From contig JAVZJD010000002.1 in the NCBI GenBank assembly GCA_038870975.1, positions 640,001 through 704,000 of the forward strand: a DNA stretch of 64,000 nt. The letters are read 5' to 3'. Position numbers and translations under genes: made by a program. Shown piece after piece: positions 48,590 through 58,703 of this stretch. The DNA is from Candidatus Bathyarchaeia archaeon. GTDB taxonomy: Archaea > Thermoproteota > CALKCG01 > B24. The notes below the pieces were generated by a model. It had not been told where the DNA came from. It worked only from the letters and a program-made list of their open reading frames with translations, and made no database searches. Each line of letters starts with the position of its first letter. The first letter of the stretch is position 1.

Positions 48590-49667
48590 AGAGGGGCAAT
48601 CCCCTCGTAGGAGGTTCAGTTTCACGTGGTTGAGGGTAAACGTAAACCTTACCCTCGTAGTTTCTAAGCACAACTTTCTCATCGTCCATAGCGATTACAT
48701 AGTTCGGCTGCAGCGGTACTTTTCCTCCGCCACCCGGAGCATCTATAACATAGCGTGGCACAGCTAAACCAGACGTATAGCCTACCAAAGCCTCAATTAT
48801 CTTAAGCCCAGTTTCTACTCTAGTTCTAAAGTGGTAGGTGCCTTTAACAAGATCCATTTGGAATAGGTAGTATGGTCTAACGCGTATTTTTAGGAGTTTT
48901 TGAACGAGCTTCTTCATAACCTCTGGGTCATCGTTAACTCCTCTCAGGAGGACAGACTGATTCCCTAGAGGGATCCCGGCATCTGCAAGAAGTCCGCAGG
49001 CTCTTTCACTCTCCTCTGTTATTTCATGTGGATGATTGAAGTGGACGTTTACGTAAACCGGGTGATACTTTTTAATTATGTTGCATAGCTTCGGCGTAAT
49101 TCTCTGTGGGAAGGTGCATGGAACTCTAGAGCCTATTCTCAGTATTTCGACGTGTGGAATAGCCCTGAGCTTCTTAAGTAGGAATTCTATTTTATCGTCA
49201 GGCAAAAGTAGCGGATCACCGCCTGAGAGTAAAACGTCTCTAATAGAGGGGTTGTTTCTGACGTATTCTATATGCTTCAAGTACAAGTCTGTAGAGGGGT
49301 TAAGTATAGACTTGCCGACCATTCTTTTCCTAGTGCAGAATCTACAGTAAGTTGCACACTGCTCAGAGATGCACATGAGGACCCGGTCGGGGTATCTATG
49401 TACGAGACCAGGTATTGGACTATCGACTTCTTCATTTAACGGGTCTTCAACACCATATTCGTCTTGAAGTTCCAGTGGGCTTGGAACACACTGCTTCCAT
49501 ATTGGATCGTCAACTTCTTCTATAAGATTGAAGTAGTGCTTCGATATTTTCATCGGGTATTTCGCTACAACCGCCTCCAAAGGCTCTATATCGATTTTAA
49601 ACCTGCTTAGAAGCTGTTTTGGATGAGTTATACATTCCGAAAGAAGCCGCTTCCACTCCTCCACCAT
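48561..49667 (-). CDS. KamA-family radical SAM/PLP 2,3-aminomutase (lysine-type)
   Basis: HRYPDRV, CATYCRFCTRKR, LSGGDPL, HFNHP.E, NQSVLL, PYYLFQMD, VIDAPGGGGK. Confidence 0.92.
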   Translation of the reverse strand: MVEEWKRLLSECITHPKQLLSRFKIDIEPLEAVVAKYPMKISKHYFNLIEEVDDPIWKQCVPSPLELQDEYGVEDPLNEEVDSPIPGLVHRYPDRVLMCISEQCATYCRFCTRKRMVGKSILNPSTDLYLKHIEYVRNNPSIRDVLLSGGDPLLLPDDKIEFLLKKLRAIPHVEILRIGSRVPCTFPQRITPKLCNIIKKYHPVYVNVHFNHPHEITEESERACGLLADAGIPLGNQSVLLRGVNDDPEVMKKLVQKLLKIRVRPYYLFQMDLVKGTYHFRTRVETGLKIIEALVGYTSGLAVPRYVIDAPGGGGKVPLQPNYVIAMDDEKVVLRNYEGKVYVYPQPRETEPPTRGLPLYGAQSRINV

Positions 49668-49882
49668 CTACTTATGCGCCTCTATGTTTCAGAGAAACAC
49701 GAAAACTAAAGCTATATTTAAGTCTTTTTACTAAGATGTTAGTAAAAAAGCTTAGAACATTTACTCTAAAAACGTAAACTTTGACCTACGGAATCTATCT
49801 TCTACTCAATATATGGTGGAGTTAAACAGCTGGAAAGAGTAGATTTATATTCAGATGTAGATATTTCTGTCTTGGTGTCGCT

Positions 49883-50530
49883 ATGAGCAAACAGGAGGTT
49901 TTGGCCAGACTTAGGGATGCTATTGTAAACCTGGATATTGATGGTATTAAGAAGGCTGCTAAAGAGGCTATTGAAGTGGGTTTGACGCCTTACGAGGCTA
50001 TTATGGAGGGTATGGCTAAGGGTATGGAGATTGTCGGTCAGAAGTATGAGGCTGGTGAATACTTCTTAGCCGAGCTTATTATGGCTGGTGAGACGATGAA
50101 AGAGGGCTTATCCGTCTTAGAGCCGTATATGAAGGCTGGAGAATTAAAGCACATAGGTAGAGTCGTCATAGGAACTGTGGAAGGCGACCTACACGATATA
50201 GGTAAAAACGTTGTGATAACGCTTTTAACGGCTTCAGGCTTTGAAGTCATAGATTTAGGCGTAGACGTACCAGCGGAGAAATTTGTAGAAGCAGTTAAAC
50301 AGTATAAGCCAGACATAGTGGCAATGTCTGCACTACTAACTACGACGATGGTGAACATGGAGAAGATCATAAAAGCCCTCAAAGACGCAGGACTGAGAGA
50401 TAAAGTTAAAGTGATAGTCGGAGGGGCACCGCTAACAGAAGAATACGCTAGGCAGATAGGTGCAGACGCATATGGAAGAGATGCGGTAGAAGGGGTAAAT
50501 ATCTGCAAAAAATGGGTGTCCAAGAAGTAG
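49883..50530 (+). CDS. Methyltransferase cognate corrinoid protein (MtaC/MttC-like)
   Basis: GTVEGDLHDIGKN (DxHxxG), DLG.DVP, SALLTTT, VGGAP. Confidence 0.93.
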   Translation: MSKQEVLARLRDAIVNLDIDGIKKAAKEAIEVGLTPYEAIMEGMAKGMEIVGQKYEAGEYFLAELIMAGETMKEGLSVLEPYMKAGELKHIGRVVIGTVEGDLHDIGKNVVITLLTASGFEVIDLGVDVPAEKFVEAVKQYKPDIVAMSALLTTTMVNMEKIIKALKDAGLRDKVKVIVGGAPLTEEYARQIGADAYGRDAVEGVNICKKWVSKK

Positions 50531-50573
50531 CAGTCAATACTTTTTATTTTTATGGAAAGATAAATGGATTTTT

Positions 50574-53258
50574 TTAGAAGCTAAACGTTACTAGGATTGG
50601 TTTCTCAGGGGTTATGACAATGGTTTCCCTGAAAATTATTTCGACAAGGTTGTTCTCCCCAGGCTTAAAATGAGCCTCAACGGTTTTTCCAGCTATTAAA
50701 ACCTCTAACTTGATAGCACCAGCTTCAAATTTCAACGGAGATTCTAAAACCATACTTTTAAGGCTCAATTTACCATAGTTTAATTTAACTACGTTTTGCT
50801 GAGAATTGCTAAACCTCTTTTGAACGAACGTTCCCCATGCTCCATTAGCTGCAAAAATAGCCTTAAATGAATCCTTCGAAACCTTAGGTGCGAATTTTAT
50901 CCGTTTTTCAACTGCGTTGTAACTAAACCCTTCTAAAGCCGTCAAGAGGGCCCATACGTCCATAGCTCGGTAGTAGTGTCCACCACACTCCAAGTGGTTC
51001 CACGTCAAACCAGCTTTAGCATACCTATCGTAGACGTTTTTGGCTATGGCTAAGCCTTCATTTATTAATCCCTCTTGAATAAGCAGACTGGCGAAAGCAT
51101 ACTCAGTACCAGTCCAAGGTGTATCAGGCTGACTACCTATAGCCCAGGGCATGCCAACTTCATTAGGATACGCCATATCACCGTTTAAAGCTGGTCTTTT
51201 ACCGACAGCAGGATATGAACCGTTTATCAGCCCTTCGTCGTATTTCACATTATACTTTAGAATGGCTTTTAAAGCTGAGAGAATTTTACTCCTCTCGCAT
51301 ATAGGTGAGAGTTCTGTTAAGTTGGCATACCACTGCCCGCAGAGTTGATCGGTCATACATCCTTCATCTTTTAAGCCGCTTAATGGATCGCTCCAGAGGT
51401 TGAAATACTCGCCATTCCAAAGCATATCTTCAAAGTTTTTCAAGGCTTCTTCATAAATAGCTTTAATTTCACTAGCGTAATTTTCATCTTCCAAAACAGT
51501 AGCTATTCTTTGAACGGCTTTGAGGGCTGAAAGCCATATTCCGCATACGTAAGTGGAATATCCTAAGAAGCTCCATACATCATACGTTTGAAAGCCCATA
51601 GGTATGCTTAAGACGCCTCTCATAAATTCGAAGCCTGAAGGCGCGTAATGATATGGAAGCTTCTTATTGGCGGGGTCCATAGTTCTCAAGACGTTATCTA
51701 AAGCCTCTTTAACACTCTCCCAAAGCTCCCTCAGATTATTCTCATCACCAGTCCACAAGTAGTCTCTATACACGAGAAGTGCGTATTTAGGCATTAGATC
51801 AACCATGTGGTAGGCATCGACATCTTTAAAGGTCCCAGGGAAAAGATGCGGTATTCGACCTTTAGGGTCTAACCCCGTTTCTCTAACGACTTCGAGAAGG
51901 GCTTTCCTAAGTGTACTTGGCTCTGATAGAATTCTCGGGTTTTCTAAAGCCTTTTTAGCGAAGAGCATTCTATTCTCTGGAAAGCCTAAGACATATTCTT
52001 CATACCTTGGATTCTCAGGGTTAAGTTGAAACTTTGCCGTCAGCTTTAATTGAACTTTCTCAAGCTCTGGGAAAATTAGAGCTATCGGTATGGACCCGTA
52101 GAAGGTCACGTCTAACGTTTCAAGACCGCAACATCCAGGTCCACCCTCCCAAATAGCAAACGTCCCATCTTTCGTGTAGAAACTGCTCTTAACCATCGTT
52201 GTGAGTTGAGCAGACACAGCATCAACAACCCAGTAGTCTAAGCTAGTATCGTATAGTGTTTTATGGAAGCATTCCGTCATCTCTTTGAGCGTTTTAAGAT
52301 TTTCTACGACGTAAGTATCGACTTCTAAAGCATCTTTAAACCAGTTCTCATACATGTGGCCGATGAGGTTGCCTCTAGTATCTATATGGTTTGGAAAGAA
52401 CCAGGATAATATGAACACTATATCCCTCGCCTCGCCGGGTTTAAGAACTGTTTTAGAGCATAGAAGCCCGTAAACATCTTCTAAACTAAACGCTTCTAGA
52501 GTTTTAGAGTCTAAATGACCGTCACTTCTAAAGTCAACCCACATTCTCTTGAAAGACTGAGCTTTAGCAAGTAGACATGGTTCAAAAGATGCTTCAGGGT
52601 CCAATACTGTTAAAACCATAGAACCTCTGTATGTTGGATCTTTCTCAGGTACTCCTTCAGCCGCCATGAAAATAGAGGTTCTATCGGCTCTCTTAATGAT
52701 TCTCTGAATGTATTTCCTATTCTTAACTGGTTTGCCTATAGGGTTTTTCAAACACGATAGAAGGCTGACTTCAACCGTCTTATCAGTGGTATTTTGAATT
52801 CTAAATGCGAATATAGCTGTTGGAATACTCGAATTCTTCACATCTCCCGGTATAAATGGAGAAAAGGCTTCCAGCTCAACGTTTACCATAAGAAGTGAAT
52901 CGATAAAGCGTAGTTTTGCAAGTGGATACTCACCTAAATACTCTATAGATTCTACACCCTTAACCCATGGAAGCGTGTATAAATCGTATCCAAGCTCCAC
53001 ATCTACATACCCAAATCTCAAAAGACGTATGAGAGGTTCACCGTCCTTCGGTTTCAATCTGACCGCGAAAAATAGACCATTAGGATCCATATAGTCTTCT
53101 TTACCATCCTCCCATGGTGCGCCGCCACAACGCCAGGGCTTATTGTTAAATATCTGCCACTCGTAGAATTTTCCATCGGCTCTTATTTCAAAACTACCAG
53201 TCCCTATGCCTCCTAGAGGTATGCCAGATTCAGGTATGGGACTGACAACGTATTTCAT
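50574..53258 (-). CDS. GH116 beta-glucosidase/glucosylceramidase
   Basis: SGIPLGGIGTG, QTYDVW, WNGEYF, DQL.GQWY, WTG.EY, GHYYRAM. Confidence 0.88.
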   Translation of the reverse strand: MKYVVSPIPESGIPLGGIGTGSFEIRADGKFYEWQIFNNKPWRCGGAPWEDGKEDYMDPNGLFFAVRLKPKDGEPLIRLLRFGYVDVELGYDLYTLPWVKGVESIEYLGEYPLAKLRFIDSLLMVNVELEAFSPFIPGDVKNSSIPTAIFAFRIQNTTDKTVEVSLLSCLKNPIGKPVKNRKYIQRIIKRADRTSIFMAAEGVPEKDPTYRGSMVLTVLDPEASFEPCLLAKAQSFKRMWVDFRSDGHLDSKTLEAFSLEDVYGLLCSKTVLKPGEARDIVFILSWFFPNHIDTRGNLIGHMYENWFKDALEVDTYVVENLKTLKEMTECFHKTLYDTSLDYWVVDAVSAQLTTMVKSSFYTKDGTFAIWEGGPGCCGLETLDVTFYGSIPIALIFPELEKVQLKLTAKFQLNPENPRYEEYVLGFPENRMLFAKKALENPRILSEPSTLRKALLEVVRETGLDPKGRIPHLFPGTFKDVDAYHMVDLMPKYALLVYRDYLWTGDENNLRELWESVKEALDNVLRTMDPANKKLPYHYAPSGFEFMRGVLSIPMGFQTYDVWSFLGYSTYVCGIWLSALKAVQRIATVLEDENYASEIKAIYEEALKNFEDMLWNGEYFNLWSDPLSGLKDEGCMTDQLCGQWYANLTELSPICERSKILSALKAILKYNVKYDEGLINGSYPAVGKRPALNGDMAYPNEVGMPWAIGSQPDTPWTGTEYAFASLLIQEGLINEGLAIAKNVYDRYAKAGLTWNHLECGGHYYRAMDVWALLTALEGFSYNAVEKRIKFAPKVSKDSFKAIFAANGAWGTFVQKRFSNSQQNVVKLNYGKLSLKSMVLESPLKFEAGAIKLEVLIAGKTVEAHFKPGENNLVEIIFRETIVITPEKPILVTFSF

Positions 53259-53305
53259 GGGTATACCGTTAAAATACTGAGTGAACGATTATGAAAAACT
53301 TTTTC

Positions 53306-54475
53306 CTATACTATATGGATTAGCTCGTACTGAAGGCTACCCAATCCGAGCTTTGAAGACGCTTCTAACACCACGTAGGGGACTGGTTCCCCGTCTTTCC
53401 GGGCGAAATTTAACGGCTCCCAGAGGTTTATCTGAGCCAGTTTATCTACTCCTATGCTCGTAATTTTCAATTCTTCAGCTGCAGAGCTAGGTATTCCAGG
53501 TGCTTCTCTTATAAGGTCTATAGAGGCTTTATCTATAGCCACAGGGTCTTTTGAGGCTAAAACACCGATATCTGGAACCATGGGAATATCGCTATATGTA
53601 AAACAGTCGCAATGTGGAGTTATATCGTAGGCTAGATTTATGAAGCCGACTTTTGGTGTGAAATGTTTAACCACTCCGTACGCTGCGTCCGCTACAGCAA
53701 GGCCAAATTCTACTTGGGTTCTATGTCTCTCTCGAAAGCTTGAAATAGCATTCTCAGGACATATGCTCCAGCATCCACACCCCAGTAGGCACTTATCAGA
53801 ATCGATATAAGCCTTTCCATTTTTAACTTCGATAGCGCCTACTGGGCAGAATTTAACGCATAGAGCACATCCATTGCACTTATCGCCTTTAACATATGGA
53901 GGACTCTTTAAGTGTATTAAAGCCTTAGTAGTCTTATTGACACAGCCTACCGCTATATTCTTTATAGCTCCACCTAAACCAGTTCTAGGATGCCCCTTAA
54001 CATGGGCTAACGATATCAGAGCATCTGCTTCCGCTAGGACAGATGGCAGGGATATTTCCTTTAAAACTAAACCGTCGATTTCCACCTTCACCCCTTCAAG
54101 TCCCTTTAAACCATCCGCTACAATTATAGGCGCTCCAACAGTCTCTCTCGTGAAACCGTTCAGAGCAGCTACTTCAATACATTTCAATGCATCCCCCCGA
54201 CTTGAAGTTAAATCTAAACCCGTTGTATCTGTTACAAAAGGAGAACCGCCGAGTTCTCTAACCAATTCAACAACTGTTCTCACATGTTTAGGCCTCACAT
54301 AGGTATGGCCATATCTTTCGCCTATGTGTATTTTAACAGCTACGATGTCGCCTTTACCGATGGCTGCATCCAACCCCGCTTCTTTGAAAACCCGCCTAAT
54401 CTTATGTACTAGAGACTCCTCCTCCCTCTTAGCTCTAGAGGAGCTAAAATAAACTTTAGATAACACAACTATCAA
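53306..54475 (-). CDS. DUF362 protein with 4Fe-4S ferredoxin domain
   Basis: VKIHIGE, HVKGH..GLGGAIKN, CNGCALCVKFCP, HCDC, DPVAIDKAS. Confidence 0.88.
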   Translation of the reverse strand: MIVVLSKVYFSSSRAKREEESLVHKIRRVFKEAGLDAAIGKGDIVAVKIHIGERYGHTYVRPKHVRTVVELVRELGGSPFVTDTTGLDLTSSRGDALKCIEVAALNGFTRETVGAPIIVADGLKGLEGVKVEIDGLVLKEISLPSVLAEADALISLAHVKGHPRTGLGGAIKNIAVGCVNKTTKALIHLKSPPYVKGDKCNGCALCVKFCPVGAIEVKNGKAYIDSDKCLLGCGCWSICPENAISSFRERHRTQVEFGLAVADAAYGVVKHFTPKVGFINLAYDITPHCDCFTYSDIPMVPDIGVLASKDPVAIDKASIDLIREAPGIPSSAAEELKITSIGVDKLAQINLWEPLNFARKDGEPVPYVVLEASSKLGLGSLQYELIHIV

Positions 54476-54514
54476 AGTGATGCATGAGCCTATTTAAGGT
54501 TTAAAGCCTTCGGT

Positions 54515-54823
54515 TTAAGATATCCGGACTTCCACATATACGTCGTCCGGTATTCTAACCCTCATCAGCCTTCTTACAAACCTCTCATCGGCAGTTATGT
54601 AGAATAGCCGTTTATGGATTTTCATAACCCACTTATCGAATGTTTCACTACCCTCTCCACACGGAGACTTACGTGTAACCACCTTAAGCTTTTTAGTTGG
54701 AAGAAAAACGGGACCTGATACTTTAACGCCTGTTTTTTCAGCTATATCTTTAATCTCATTACAAACAGCATCCAGCTTTTTCAAATCTGTAGATGCGAGC
54801 TTTATTCTAGCCTTTTGAACCAT
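54515..54823 (-). CDS. rps10: 30S ribosomal protein S10 (uS10)
   Basis: [30 protein letters not shown]. Confidence 0.95.
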   Translation of the reverse strand: MVQKARIKLASTDLKKLDAVCNEIKDIAEKTGVKVSGPVFLPTKKLKVVTRKSPCGEGSETFDKWVMKIHKRLFYITADERFVRRLMRVRIPDDVYVEVRIS

Positions 54824-54870
54824 AGTGGCTCAGCACCTAGATTGAGAGGTACGACTAGTATTTAAAGTTT

Positions 54871-56013
54871 CTAAAAAGCCTCTACGAAAAACCTACGTAT
54901 ATCATCTTCTGACACAGACCTAGGGTTGTTTTCAAGATTTCGCCTGTACTGCATCGTTTCATATACGAAGATATCCACTTCATTCTCTTTAACACCGAGA
55001 CTTCTAAGACTTTTAGGAACCCCTAGCTCAGTTTGAAGCTTTACAATCATTTCAACCAGCTTATTGACGGCTTCATCGCTACTTTCATACTTAAAACCCA
55101 GGTAATCTAGGAGACGTATGACTTTATCGACCACTACTGGTGCGTTAAACATTAGCGCTAAAGGTAGAAATATTGAGTTGGCCAAGCCGTGGTGAACCCC
55201 ATGGTGAGTTGTAAGATAGTATCCCAGTCCATGGATAACGGTTGTTCCAGCACAGTTTATAGCCAATCCTCCTAGGAGGCTTGCGTAGTGTAGGCTGTCA
55301 CGGGCCTCCGGCTTACATGAGGCATTCTTTAAATCCCTTATTATAATCTTCATGCATTCTAAAGCGAAAAGGTCTGACAGTGGTTGAGAAGATTTAGACC
55401 AGTAGGCTTCAATAGCATGAGAGAAAGCGTCTAGAGCTGTGTATACAGTTAAACTTTTAGGTAAGTATTTGAGCACATCCGGGTCTATTATTGCAATCTT
55501 GGGGATAAGTGGATACCCGGCAACTACAACCTTCCTCTTAGCCTTTAAATCCAACAGAAGAGAATACCTCGTCACTTCACTGCCAGTACCACAGGTTGTA
55601 GGAATCGCAACTACTGGGAGGACTTCATCTTCAACGACATAGGGGTAAATGTAGTTTCTCACGTCTCCATTTTTAATGGATAGAAGAGCTATTGCTTTAG
55701 CAGCATCTATAACGCTTCCACCTCCAAAGCCTACGATAAAATCTACATTTAAACTCCTACATACAGAAGCACCCAATTCCACTGTTTCGAAAGATGGGTT
55801 TTGCTCAACTTTATCGAAAACTGAGACTTTAACACCTGAACTCTCCATATTGAAAGTAAGCTGTTCCAAATAGCCGTATCTCCTCGCAAACGTCTTACCG
55901 GTTACTAGTAAAGCTCTATCGCCTAGTCGATTTACACAAGCTCCAAGTTCTTGGAGTTTACCTCTACCGAATATTACTCTAGTTGGAGTGTAGAATGTGA
56001 ATGGGATACTCAT
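54871..56013 (-). CDS. Iron-containing alcohol dehydrogenase
   Basis: GGGSVIDAAK, PTTCGTGSEVT, DAFSHAIE, HGLG..HHG. Confidence 0.92.
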   Translation of the reverse strand: MSIPFTFYTPTRVIFGRGKLQELGACVNRLGDRALLVTGKTFARRYGYLEQLTFNMESSGVKVSVFDKVEQNPSFETVELGASVCRSLNVDFIVGFGGGSVIDAAKAIALLSIKNGDVRNYIYPYVVEDEVLPVVAIPTTCGTGSEVTRYSLLLDLKAKRKVVVAGYPLIPKIAIIDPDVLKYLPKSLTVYTALDAFSHAIEAYWSKSSQPLSDLFALECMKIIIRDLKNASCKPEARDSLHYASLLGGLAINCAGTTVIHGLGYYLTTHHGVHHGLANSIFLPLALMFNAPVVVDKVIRLLDYLGFKYESSDEAVNKLVEMIVKLQTELGVPKSLRSLGVKENEVDIFVYETMQYRRNLENNPRSVSEDDIRRFFVEAF

Positions 56014-56039
56014 ACAGTAGGACTTAGCATAGTAGACGT

Positions 56040-56924
56040 TTAAAACTTTTCAAGTCTTCTAAAAGTATCAAGTATCTGTTTATCTAAAGGAGGATGCTTT
56101 CTAACCCTACGCTTTTTAGCCGGGTAAGGACCAACAACCGTTAATGCTTTTTCAGCCAACTGGTCAAGCTCTCCTTCTTTGAAAGACTTCCAAGCAGAAT
56201 AGTGTTTAAACGACGTAGGATCTATCCAGCTCGGCTCGAATTTTCTGAGGTCTGATGGGGCTATACATACGCACACTACATCGAGCACTCTATGAAGACT
56301 TAGTGGACATGTGAAGACCCTCTGAGGATCCATAAGGTTTTCGACTTTCAAATTCTGAGACCTATTTGTAAGCTCTAGCAGAGAGGGGGAGGTTTTTAAA
56401 ATTACGTATTCAACTACGGCGTATGCTGCGTCAAATGGGTTGAATTTAGAAAGCATTTCCCTTGATAGAGATTTCTCATGTATGTGGATATGACAGCCTT
56501 CACCGGACCATTTAACGTAAAGAGATTCTCTAACATTCATGTCTCTGAGGAAATCCAATATTATTTCAGCGGCTTTTACAGTTGTCCTCCATTCTGATAG
56601 CGTATTGTCAACATCCCACGATGGAGTACACGCTATAATATTCTCATCATCATACAAATCCTCTTTTATGCTGATCTTCCTGTAGACTTTAGCTGAAGCA
56701 TAAATAGTTCTTAGATGTTTTCCTTTAGAAACTCTAATCTTTTCTAAATCTTCAGAGCTTCTTAGCGTTAGAGGAGAACCGTAGGTAGTGTATCTGTGAA
56801 AAGACCCATCCGTGTAGTATACGGCGACCCATCTGTTTTTGGAGAATTCTAAAATCTCGCTTATAACCTCTGGTTTAGCGTAGTGTATGGAGGCTAAGTT
56901 TGAAAAGCTATAGCCTAATGTCAC
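56040..56924 (-). CDS. Stand-alone archaeo-eukaryotic primase (AEP)-superfamily protein
   Basis: WDVDN (DxD), KWSGEGCHIH (SGxG.H), D..RVFTCPLSLH. Confidence 0.7.
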   Translation of the reverse strand: MTLGYSFSNLASIHYAKPEVISEILEFSKNRWVAVYYTDGSFHRYTTYGSPLTLRSSEDLEKIRVSKGKHLRTIYASAKVYRKISIKEDLYDDENIIACTPSWDVDNTLSEWRTTVKAAEIILDFLRDMNVRESLYVKWSGEGCHIHIHEKSLSREMLSKFNPFDAAYAVVEYVILKTSPSLLELTNRSQNLKVENLMDPQRVFTCPLSLHRVLDVVCVCIAPSDLRKFEPSWIDPTSFKHYSAWKSFKEGELDQLAEKALTVVGPYPAKKRRVRKHPPLDKQILDTFRRLEKF

Positions 56925-57196
56925 ATATGAAAGTTTTAGCTGTTTACATTATTCATTTTTATTGACAACTAGGCTTATAATTGCTGGTGTTTTTAAACCT
57001 GGTTTTCACAGTAGACTAATTATAAAAATGTGGCTCCAAAACCCCGCACAGAGTCTCATACCGCTATGGCAGTTAAGAATCGGCCATAAGAGATTTTAAA
57101 GCAGAGACAGGGGATTTTAACGCATCTAAAAAATCTACCGTTAGAGGAGAGGCTAGATAAGATGGATTTAGGATAAAAATAGTGGAGTGGAGGAGC

Positions 57197-57628
57197 CTAC
57201 TGTGGAATTTCAGAGACTATTCGCTCTATTATCTCTTTAGCTTTCTTAAGCTTATCTAAAACCATTGTTAGATAATCTAAGCCTTCTTCAGTTATCGTGT
57301 AAACCCTTTTAGCGGGTCCACTTTCTTTAATTTCCCAAGTTGAAGCTAAAAGGCCCTGGTGTTCCATAATTCTCAAAAGCCCATAGACTAGAGGCTTTGG
57401 AACATCCATATTAAATTTGTCTTTCAACGCCTGGTGGATTTCGCTTCCATGCGCTGGCTTAGACCTAACTATGCTTAAAATCGCCATGTGCAATAACCCT
57501 TTAAGAGGGACGCCTTTAAACTCAATAAATGGACCTGGATGTATGGGTGGCGGATGTCCACAGTGTATATGGTGATGATGCGGATGCCCTTTGGGAATAA
57601 TCACGTCACGATTCTCTTCTCCACACAA
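57197..57628 (-). CDS. PadR-family regulator with His-rich N-terminus
   Basis: HPHHHHIHCGH; KGLL..AIL, HGSEI, GPAKRVYTITEEG. Confidence 0.85.
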   Translation of the reverse strand: MCGEENRDVIIPKGHPHHHHIHCGHPPPIHPGPFIEFKGVPLKGLLHMAILSIVRSKPAHGSEIHQALKDKFNMDVPKPLVYGLLRIMEHQGLLASTWEIKESGPAKRVYTITEEGLDYLTMVLDKLKKAKEIIERIVSEIPQ

Positions 57629-57652
57629 TAAGATCCCTATTTAGGTATAAAA

Positions 57653-57666
57653 TATATCTAGATATA
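57653..57666. promoter_or_regulatory. 14-bp palindromic operator candidate upstream of the PadR gene
   Basis: TATATCTAGATATA, 25-38 bp upstream of the start. Confidence 0.5.
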
Positions 57667-57699
57667 AAAACTTTTCTATAGTTTGTTAATATGAGGCTA

Positions 57700-58518
57700 C
57701 TATGGGATTTCTTCCTCTCTAGACTTCTTAGCTTTAAGGATTTTTTCAGCCACCTTCCTAGGGAGTACTGTGTCTTCTCTCCTCTCCACCACGGGACCTA
57801 ATATGACTAAGCCTCTACCGTCAACTATGCTTATTTCATGTAAGTTTAAGCTATGAGGTGTATGTCTCATCTTCTCGATTAGAATATACCGTCTTAAGAC
57901 GCCTCCTTTAACACTTCTTCTAAACCTTACTATTCCATCAGCTACGTGCTCAATACCCCAGCCGAAGCTCTCAGAAGTTGTAACGGCGTACTGTGAAGTT
58001 GCCAGAATCGTGAAATCCCACTTTGATAGGACCTTCTTAATGTAGTAGCTGTATCTCCTAGCCATAGCTGGTTTATCCAGCCAGAAGGCCGACATAGAAT
58101 CCAATACAAGTCTGGCTCTACCATAGCCCAGTTTTCGTTTAGCTTCAACAACTTTGTTTACAAGCTCTTCAACGTCTAAAGTTTTAAGAGACCAAGGGTC
58201 TTCACTGGACATTAGAGCGTCTACGATTATCAGCTTATCGGTTTCAATGGCTGTTTTAAAGTCTATACCGAATTGTGCTGCCTGTCTTACTATAGATTCT
58301 CTTGCCTCTTCCGTAGTAACATATATGCATTTATCTCCTACTTTAACACCCTGAGCTATGAAATGTATGCATAGGACTGTTTTACCAGTTCCAGGTTCAC
58401 CTGTAACAGCTACTAGAAAGCCCCTTGGAATCCCGCCAGCGAGTAATACATCTAAAGCCTCTATTCCAGTTGAAAGCCTCTCAACACGGCTTAGACTAGA
58501 TAGCCCTGGAGAAGCCAT
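57700..58518 (-). CDS. Archaeal single-domain KaiC-like RecA ATPase
   Basis: GEPGTGKT, YVTTEE, LDSMS, EHVADG, IEKMR.T. Confidence 0.9.
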   Translation of the reverse strand: MASPGLSSLSRVERLSTGIEALDVLLAGGIPRGFLVAVTGEPGTGKTVLCIHFIAQGVKVGDKCIYVTTEEARESIVRQAAQFGIDFKTAIETDKLIIVDALMSSEDPWSLKTLDVEELVNKVVEAKRKLGYGRARLVLDSMSAFWLDKPAMARRYSYYIKKVLSKWDFTILATSQYAVTTSESFGWGIEHVADGIVRFRRSVKGGVLRRYILIEKMRHTPHSLNLHEISIVDGRGLVILGPVVERREDTVLPRKVAEKILKAKKSREEEIP

Positions 58519-58703
58519 CTCTAATACTTTAAAATGTAGAATTGTTTAAGATAAATCTTAACAGTAGTACATCAGTAGAACCGTTTAAAAATTGTCGTTT
58601 AAAGATTACGTGTTAAAAAGTTAATGTCTTTACATTTAAATTGTTGATGAGCTACTTGCTAAAGTTTAAAAATTTGAAGCAATCTCTCCCCTCTTAGAGA
58701 AAC

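Noticed and set aside
47540-50530. pylB/pylC pyrrolysine biosynthesis cluster
   Set aside because: The radical SAM enzyme has KamA/PLP motifs rather than PylB (BioB-like) ones, the ligase is Ddl-like, and pylD, pylS and pylT are absent.
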